From IMG/VR virus record IMGVR_UViG_3300020171_000019, positions 12,138 to 76,137 of that record: a DNA stretch of 64,000 bases; one strand, written 5' to 3'. Under the pieces are notes generated by a model, which did not search any database, was not told the DNA's origin, and saw nothing but the letters and a program-made list of their open reading frames with translations. Position numbers and translations under genes: made by a program. Shown here one piece after another: positions 58,117 to 64,000 of this stretch; the first letter of the stretch is position 1; every line of letters starts with the position of its first letter. This DNA is from a virus.

Positions 58117-59001
58117 ATGACAGTCTCAAGTTTCGACGACGTAGTAAGGGCAGGACAGAAGACACGCGAACTGCCGACACTGGGGAGTCTGTTGTGGTGG
58201 TCAATCGCTAACGTGCGCATTCCTATATCCGAAGTTCGGGCGCGGTTTGAGGCTCTTGGGTTGCCGACCGATCGGATTGAAGATCGTAAGCCGAAGGTGG
58301 CGTTCACAAAAGCCTGCGGACAACTTCGGGAGGCCAGCAAGTTTGTTCGGGCTTGTGGTTGCAATGAGGAGCGAGTAGCAGTGGCGGTCGTGGCTGAGGA
58401 ATTGACTGACGACGATCCCCGCTACACAGTGGAGGGCCGGGTGTCATTCGATCGGGCCAGCACAAGCATAGTTGCAACCAACGACGCCCTCCAACATAAG
58501 ACCGATACTGCGTACCGGGAATTCTTGACTGCATACGATGCAGACGACATCAGGAGTCTTCTTCTGGACATCGTGCGGCACGACCTGGGTGCGATCGGTC
58601 TTCGGCCTAACGGTGGGGTCTATTTCACCCACCGGGAACATGATCCGGTGCTGGACAAAATCACGAAGTTTGTTGCCAGTCTCGGCACGGATTCGGTATA
58701 TTTTACCCTCGGAATTGCCGATGCAGAGGACGCCAGGGAAAACCTGTTCACCGTCATGCAGGACGAAATGCGACGTGACTTAGCGTTGGCGGCTCAAGAA
58801 GTCGAGCGGTTGTTGAGCGGCGAGACCAAGACTCGACCGAAGACCCTCTCGGACAAGATCGCCTCTTTCAAGGCGGCCAGCGCGAAGGCGGAGATGTATG
58901 AGGGGCTTTTGCACCTGCAGGCCGATGACATCCATCAGGAGATTGCCGACCTGACAAGCAAGGTCGAGAAGGGTTTGCTCAGTCTCATGTCGGCGGCGTA
59001 A
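58117..59001 (+). CDS. conserved hypothetical phage protein
   Basis: LGSLLWWSI...LRPNGGVYF, coiled-coil C-terminus; GGAGG RBS. Confidence 0.7.
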   Translation: MTVSSFDDVVRAGQKTRELPTLGSLLWWSIANVRIPISEVRARFEALGLPTDRIEDRKPKVAFTKACGQLREASKFVRACGCNEERVAVAVVAEELTDDDPRYTVEGRVSFDRASTSIVATNDALQHKTDTAYREFLTAYDADDIRSLLLDIVRHDLGAIGLRPNGGVYFTHREHDPVLDKITKFVASLGTDSVYFTLGIADAEDARENLFTVMQDEMRRDLALAAQEVERLLSGETKTRPKTLSDKIASFKAASAKAEMYEGLLHLQADDIHQEIADLTSKVEKGLLSLMSAA

Positions 59002-59058
59002 GCTCGCACGGATTTGGGGAGCGGCAACTGCCACTCCCCTTCCGGGAAGGAGAATTCG

Positions 59059-59505
59059 ATGGAAAAGAAAGAGAAAGATCGCATCAGGACAGCACTGCAA
59101 GACTACACGGCTGCTCTGGTATTCTGTAACGATGGATCGGTGGTAGCAACCCGCTACGGGGCTGACGGCCCATACTCTGGAGCTCTTGAGAGAGAGATCG
59201 AAGCACTCCCGGCCAAGATCACGAAATACCACCCTCACGAAATAACCAAAGGTCAGTGTCGGCTTGATATTACATTCAGGCCGATACAATGCGATTGCAC
59301 TGCGGTTGGCCCAGAGGAGCGGATTGAGCTGTCTATGGCGCGAGCAACACTGGAGGGCCGTCCTGCAGCGGTGATCGGGATAACTACAGATGCCCCCAAG
59401 GTGGTCACATTGTGGGGATTCCCGAGACTGTATACAAATTGCCTGTGGCAGAAAGTGCGTCAAGTCATTCGCCACGAAGGTGGGCAATTTTTCATTTCGA
59501 GATGA
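59059..59505 (+). CDS. hypothetical protein
   Basis: AAGGAG RBS. Confidence 0.55.
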   Translation: MEKKEKDRIRTALQDYTAALVFCNDGSVVATRYGADGPYSGALEREIEALPAKITKYHPHEITKGQCRLDITFRPIQCDCTAVGPEERIELSMARATLEGRPAAVIGITTDAPKVVTLWGFPRLYTNCLWQKVRQVIRHEGGQFFISR

Positions 59506-59518
59506 GGAGGTTATCTTC

Positions 59519-59698
59519 ATGGGAAACAAGAGGTTGTTGATAGCCAAGATAGTTTCATGTGTCGGATTATTCATGGTCTGGGGTTGCGCTGGTGCCCTTG
59601 GTCACCCTGCCGCAACAGACCCAACAGAGCGCGGTTTGGGTTATATAGCTGCCGCGATTGTAACTCATGGTATATTAGGCGCGATCTTCAACAAGTGA
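59519..59698 (+). CDS. small membrane protein
   Basis: Two hydrophobic segments; GAGGAGG RBS. Confidence 0.55.
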   Translation: MGNKRLLIAKIVSCVGLFMVWGCAGALGHPAATDPTERGLGYIAAAIVTHGILGAIFNK

Positions 59699-59709
59699 GG
59701 AGGTTGTCA

Positions 59710-59838
59710 ATGAAATACAAGGGATCGGCAATCATAGGCAAGCCGGATAACGGCGGATGGTTGGGGGTTGTGTTGTTTTTCGGTAGTTGTGCGATCATCT
59801 TAGGGGCAATCGTCGTCATATCGGTGCTCGTCCGATGA
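59710..59838 (+). CDS. small membrane protein
   Basis: One TM segment; GAGGAGG RBS. Confidence 0.5.
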   Translation: MKYKGSAIIGKPDNGGWLGVVLFFGSCAIILGAIVVISVLVR

Positions 59839-60290
59839 AAGGGCGGGGTTATCCTACGGCAGATATTGTCAACGTATCAGCGTACGATAATGACCCGCTG
59901 TCAACTCCATCAGTCCCACCGATGAATGATGATACGCGGCCCTATCGGGAGCTGGTTGCGGCGGTGATTCTACAAGCCATAGTGGATTTCCGGTTTGACT
60001 CGAAGTCCAAACACAACGACCATATCGGTTTCACTCGGACAAACAAGGCCAGTGCGCGGTATTTTCTGGAGTCAAAAGAATTGCACATACACTGGATCGA
60101 GATGCTGAATCTCAACTCTCGGGCGGAAGATGCACTGAGTGAGCACTTCCAGAAGATCACCAAACAAGGCATTACCAGTGCAGACTTGGAGCGTATACGA
60201 CTGGCGCTGAATGGTACGGGTGATGGGATGATAAAACGATCAGAAGGCAACAAGGACAAGCATCAGACTCGGCGAGTGGAGGCAGCGTAA
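59835..60290 (+). CDS. hypothetical phage protein
   Basis: YRELVAAVILQAIVD...ARYFL. Confidence 0.6.
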   Translation: MKGRGYPTADIVNVSAYDNDPLSTPSVPPMNDDTRPYRELVAAVILQAIVDFRFDSKSKHNDHIGFTRTNKASARYFLESKELHIHWIEMLNLNSRAEDALSEHFQKITKQGITSADLERIRLALNGTGDGMIKRSEGNKDKHQTRRVEAA

Positions 60291-60682
60291 TGCGGTTGAC
60301 AAGGTGGGCAGTGATTTTGATCCTGCTGTCCACCGGAGGTTCTATCGCAGAAGAAAGAGGAATTGCATCATTCTACGGGAAGGAGCGACATGGGAGAAAG
60401 ACAGCAAGTGGGGAGGTGTTCTCCATGTGGCGATTGACGGCGGCTCACGAACGATGGCCCTTCGGCACGATAGTCAGGGTCACACGGGTCGACAACGGTA
60501 AGAGTGTGGTAGTCAGGATCAACGATCGAGGGCCAGGGGTGCCGGGCCGGATCATCGACCTGTCGATGTATGCAGGGACGAAACTGAAGATGTACAAGGA
60601 AGGACTTGCTCAGGTGAAGTGCGAGTGGATCGGATTCAAGACACAGACTGAAACGAGAACAGGCCGAAGGAGGAGAGGATGA
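60290..60682 (+). CDS. rlpA: RlpA-family lytic transglycosylase (DPBB) with signal peptide
   Basis: GIASFYG...TASGE...TAAH..PFGT.VRV..VVRINDRGP...RIIDLS. Confidence 0.9.
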   Translation: MRLTRWAVILILLSTGGSIAEERGIASFYGKERHGRKTASGEVFSMWRLTAAHERWPFGTIVRVTRVDNGKSVVVRINDRGPGVPGRIIDLSMYAGTKLKMYKEGLAQVKCEWIGFKTQTETRTGRRRRG

Positions 60683-60906
60683 CACTGGAGCAGTGGATCA
60701 AGGCAGGGGGATGTATGTTGTCGAATTGGACAGCAGTGTGGTGCTGCAAGTCACATCAATCGACAACAGGGAGGCCATGCAATATCCGAACATTGCGACA
60801 CATGGAACTGCAGGACATCTTCGCAATCTGGGGAGGCGGCAGCACTGCGGAACGGGAATTGCGGAGGTTTGCCGAGCGGGAAGGGATGGAGGCATTATTA
60901 CCATGA
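60679..60906 (+). CDS. hypothetical protein
   Basis: ATGA overlaps at both ends. Confidence 0.45.
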   Translation: MTLEQWIKAGGCMLSNWTAVWCCKSHQSTTGRPCNIRTLRHMELQDIFAIWGGGSTAERELRRFAEREGMEALLP

Positions 60907-61097
60907 CTGATTTGATGAAGATTTCGGATGTAGACCGCAAGAAGTGGGTGCAACACGACAGAGGACTCTCGCAATACTGGCGAACAACCCGATTACCCCT
61001 GGGGAAGTATGTCAAAGCTAATCGGAGGCTGATCGACGAAGTGATACAGGACGTCACGAGCGGGAGGAAGGTGATTCACTACCTGGCAAACGAGTAG
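60903..61097 (+). CDS. hypothetical protein
   Basis: RKKWVQHDRGL...NRRLID. Confidence 0.55.
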   Translation: MTDLMKISDVDRKKWVQHDRGLSQYWRTTRLPLGKYVKANRRLIDEVIQDVTSGRKVIHYLANE

Positions 61098-61103
61098 CAG
61101 GAG

Positions 61104-61235
61104 GGCAGTCCTGCCGCCCAAAGATGCGGGTCAAAAAAACTTTGTAGAACCATTAAAAAACACTTGACAAATTAACTGCATTGTATTAGCTTATATATGT
61201 TGAAATTGAGCAACTCACCCTACTCGCACGGAGGT
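61104..61235 (+). repeat. promoter-RBS repeat R4
   Basis: GGCAGTCCTGCCGCCCAAAGATGCGGG..AAAAAAACTTTGTAGAACC as in R2; TTGACA at 61164; CACGGAGG. Confidence 0.85.
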
Positions 61236-61240
61236 TCACA

Positions 61241-61423
61241 ATGATTGCACCGACCTTGATTAATAACACTTCCGTTGACTTGAGGACGATTGGAGCAGAA
61301 GACGTCGTGATTGCCGCAATCAAGAACGACCAGCCCTTGCCGGAGGAGATTGCAGACCTGTTTAACCTGACTATTTCGCATCGTGAGGATGGCTCCGTAT
61401 TTGGTCTCCTGAATTTCGCATAG
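61241..61423 (+). CDS. hypothetical protein
   Basis: First gene behind R4. Confidence 0.55.
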   Translation: MIAPTLINNTSVDLRTIGAEDVVIAAIKNDQPLPEEIADLFNLTISHREDGSVFGLLNFA

Positions 61424-61476
61424 CTGACCACTTGATCGGGGCGGGCCAAAAACCCGCCCCATAGGAGGATAGGACG

Positions 61477-61713
61477 ATGGACAGGAACGAACGATTGGCA
61501 ACACTGGAAGAGGCCCAGGAAAAGCTGCAGGAGGCCATTGAGTTAATCGAACAGGCCGTGAGAGGACAGCGCAACGAGCGCGGAGTAGATGCCTACCTTC
61601 TGGCGACCTTGAAGATGTGTGCCAGCAACGACCATGGCTACCTGGGGAGACAGGACTACAATCTCGGAGACCTGATCGAGTCCGAGCTTCACCCTGACGA
61701 AGAGGAGGAATAG
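61477..61713 (+). CDS. hypothetical protein
   Basis: AGGAGG RBS. Confidence 0.6.
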   Translation: MDRNERLATLEEAQEKLQEAIELIEQAVRGQRNERGVDAYLLATLKMCASNDHGYLGRQDYNLGDLIESELHPDEEEE

Positions 61714-61715
61714 CA

Positions 61716-61991
61716 ATGAATGCACAGGCGGAACGCACGGACGGGGAAGGCTTGAAGCCAGGGGATTACACGATGATCAAGGGACGTGTTCGACCGAGAC
61801 GATTGACCGAGGAGGAGTTGGACAGGGTGATCGCAGCCCTGCAGGTCGCGGGGTTCCATGAGGACAAAAAGGCTTTCGCCAGATTGTACGTCGAGAATCG
61901 AATATCATACAGGACGGCACTCGATTCGTTTGAGGCTGGTCGCCAGCAACGGATTGCAATTGCGTTGAGTGGGATTGATCCAAATGCGTAG
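61716..61991 (+). CDS. hypothetical protein
   Basis: Packed ORF. Confidence 0.55.
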   Translation: MNAQAERTDGEGLKPGDYTMIKGRVRPRRLTEEELDRVIAALQVAGFHEDKKAFARLYVENRISYRTALDSFEAGRQQRIAIALSGIDPNA

Positions 61992-62001
61992 GAGGATCGT
62001 G

Positions 62002-62442
62002 ATGACACAGGAGTTGATATGGCGGAGACGGGAGTTGGCCGAGAACGTGCAACAGTGTCAGAGGTTCGAGGATGACATGAGGAAGTCTCTCAAGTCTGCC
62101 GAGATTGCTATGCATACCTCCCAGTCTGCACTGGACAGTTTCGACCTTGTGCATCCCGACGTTGAACTACGGGAGTTGAACCAGAAGACGGTTTTCTTCT
62201 GCAAGTTCTGTATGCGCAATATGCTCTCCGCCTCGACTACGTCGTGTGACTGTAGTACTGCGATATCGGATGGCATGATATATGATGCAGTGCCGTTCAC
62301 TGAAGGCAAGCCTGATGCTCGTTGTCCTGACTGCGGAGTTGCGATCGGAGGGTTTCATCATTCAGGGTGCGAGCAGGAGCGATGCCCGAAGTGTGATGGT
62401 CAACTTATTTCCTGCAGGTGCAATCTGTTAGGGGTAGCCTGA
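62002..62442 (+). CDS. Cys-rich zinc-binding protein
   Basis: CPDCG..GGFHHSGCEQERCPKCDGQLISC.C. Confidence 0.7.
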   Translation: MTQELIWRRRELAENVQQCQRFEDDMRKSLKSAEIAMHTSQSALDSFDLVHPDVELRELNQKTVFFCKFCMRNMLSASTTSCDCSTAISDGMIYDAVPFTEGKPDARCPDCGVAIGGFHHSGCEQERCPKCDGQLISCRCNLLGVA

Positions 62443-62630
62443 TGTCACAAATGGACTGGAATTATCGGCGGTTTCGTGATGCCACAGAAAAACTGGAGGA
62501 GTGCCTGCGGGTGCTCAGGGACGGGCCGGTCAACACAAACGACATGAGCATTGAGGAGCATAAGGCTATGCTGCAACTGCCGGACTTGTGCTACACATAT
62601 TCGGCGGTTGCGGATGGGAGGGAAGGATGA
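62442..62630 (+). CDS. small protein, paralog of 57903-58088
   Basis: YRRF...LEECL...DMSIEE...L..LC. Confidence 0.55.
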   Translation: MSQMDWNYRRFRDATEKLEECLRVLRDGPVNTNDMSIEEHKAMLQLPDLCYTYSAVADGREG

Positions 62631-63015
62631 CGGACATGCAAACCATAGGCTATTGTTTGCAGTGCGGCAACAGGACAGACGGAACACAGTTCTCAGGGAT
62701 CGTCCGGTTGATCGAGGATGTTGCTTATTGGCGACATCAGGCAGCGAGAAAGCGAGGTAACCGGTGACGTCTGCCGACTGGCAACAGGTCGGAGTTCTGA
62801 ATGCTTATCCTGGCGAAATCGCACGGGTTGCAGCCGACCGATGGGTGCGCTATACATTCACAGAAGAAACGCGAAAAGTTGTTCGATGGAAACCAAAGGA
62901 AGCAACATTCCAATTGTCAGGAGGTCGAGCTCTATACCGCATTGGACTGGATTGCGTAGGAGCGCGTGGTTGGCCACAATACAGGATCTACAGGAGGATC
63001 GAGTAACTTTTTGTC

Positions 63016-63044
63016 TTGACAAATTCGTGTAATTGTATTATATT
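63016..63044 (+). promoter_or_regulatory. early promoter (short version)
   Basis: TTGACA-17-TATATT within GTATTATATTGTAT. Confidence 0.75.
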
Positions 63045-63067
63045 GTATTCACTCAAAGGAGGTCTTT

Positions 63068-64000
63068 ATGGATGCATCAAAGGCAGTGCAGGATTATCAG
63101 ACACTTCGGGAGATGTCAGAGCTACTGGCTCAATCTCAGTGTTTTTACGAATTACTGAAGGAGGGCCAGAAAAGGTACCTAACAACAGGAGAGATCTTTG
63201 TTCGCGTGCTGGCCGGCCAGGAACTTGGCCTTCCTCCCGTATACTCTGTTGGACAACTATACGTGCAAGGAGGACGTGTTTGTTCGTCGGCCAAATGCAT
63301 GTGGTCGATGATCAAGGGCAGTGGATTGCTGGAATCCTCACAATTCGAGGAAACGTCCACGAGTTGCAGACTCACTGTCAAGCGTAAGGGCAACCCTCGG
63401 CCATACTCACTGCTGTACACCATGGACGATGCCATAAAGGCCGGACTTGCAACGCGCAGCGTATGGATCAAATATCCTGGGGCTATGATGCGTTCCAGGG
63501 TTATTTCTGCTGTTGCCAATGTTGAGTTCGGTGATGTAACTGGGAATATGCACACACGTGAGGAGTTAGGCTATGAGTGGTCAGATGATGTAGCCGCAGA
63601 AACCGTAAGTGCGCGGGACACAATTCCCCCCGAAGTGCCAGTAGTCGAGAACGTCTTACCGCCGACGCCCGCGATCCCCGAACCGATTCCTCCAACACCA
63701 GACCCACCCGAACCTCCTAAGCCGCCGTCGCAGTCATGGACGGAAATCCTTGAGGGCATTCGTGTGGTCGGTGGCACGTGGACAGACGAACAACATGCCG
63801 ATCTGTTGATTGCATTCACATCAGAGAAAATGAAGGCGGCATGGGCTACGCAGTTGCTTGAGAAGCTTGCCAAGACCCCGACCAGCGAGACGGCGGTTCT
63901 CGGAATCTCATTCTTCAGGACGCGAGGAATTCTACCGGCAGTGCAGGAGCCTGTCGATCTTCCGCAAGAAGTGGTCACAGCCTACCCAGGATTGATTGAA
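63068..64000 (+). CDS. RecT/Red-beta-like single-strand annealing protein, 3'-truncated (absent from the ORF track)
   Basis: Manual translation: GQELGLPP...YTMDDAIKAGL...WIKYPGAMMRSR...EE, Pro-rich linker; open to window end; AAGGAGG RBS. Confidence 0.8.
   Translation, partial: MDASKAVQDYQTLREMSELLAQSQCFYELLKEGQKRYLTTGEIFVRVLAGQELGLPPVYSVGQLYVQGGRVCSSAKCMWSMIKGSGLLESSQFEETSTSCRLTVKRKGNPRPYSLLYTMDDAIKAGLATRSVWIKYPGAMMRSRVISAVANVEFGDVTGNMHTREELGYEWSDDVAAETVSARDTIPPEVPVVENVLPPTPAIPEPIPPTPDPPEPPKPPSQSWTEILEGIRVVGGTWTDEQHADLLIAFTSEKMKAAWATQLLEKLAKTPTSETAVLGISFFRTRGILPAVQEPVDLPQEVVTAYPGLIE

Noticed and set aside
53238-61235. Repeats as a CRISPR array or integron attC sites
   Set aside because: Spacing is kilobases, the repeats are promoters, and there is no cas or integrase gene
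1-64000. Second DGR target elsewhere in the window
   Set aside because: No other TR-like segment found by eye; TTCTATTGGA at 51331 is a short chance match. A BLASTn-short search would be decisive
1-64000. Stop-codon reassignment
   Set aside because: Genes are full length in code 11 and use all three stop codons

Overview
The whole window looks like one tailed dsDNA phage (or prophage) genome segment, almost all on the + strand, with no integrase, tRNA, rRNA or CRISPR array. The order is packaging (HNH, ParB-like, C5 DNA methyltransferase, TerS, TerL), a tnpB-only IS200/IS605 element, head genes (portal, MuF/gp7 with a mini-intein, protease/scaffold, two paralogous decoration proteins, Mu-gpT-like capsid) and a block of accessory structural-looking genes, three of them with Sec-type signal peptides. 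The last of these is the target of a complete diversity-generating retroelement (VR 21178-21294, TR 21353-21469, RT 21598-22632) with no recognisable avd. Next come membrane/holin-like genes and a non-contractile tail module (-1 frameshifted chaperone, tape measure). Two glycan-modification clusters (7 glycosyltransferase domains, 3 methyltransferases, 1 radical SAM) and a Pal-like lipoprotein are interleaved with the tail genes, followed by an SLT-like lysin. The right end is an early region of gene cassettes headed by near-identical sigma70 promoter repeats (SNF2 helicase, RavA/ViaA-like pair, RlpA, RecT-like SSAP). Pal and the lipoproteins suggest a diderm host. All calls come from motif reading by eye; no database searches were run.
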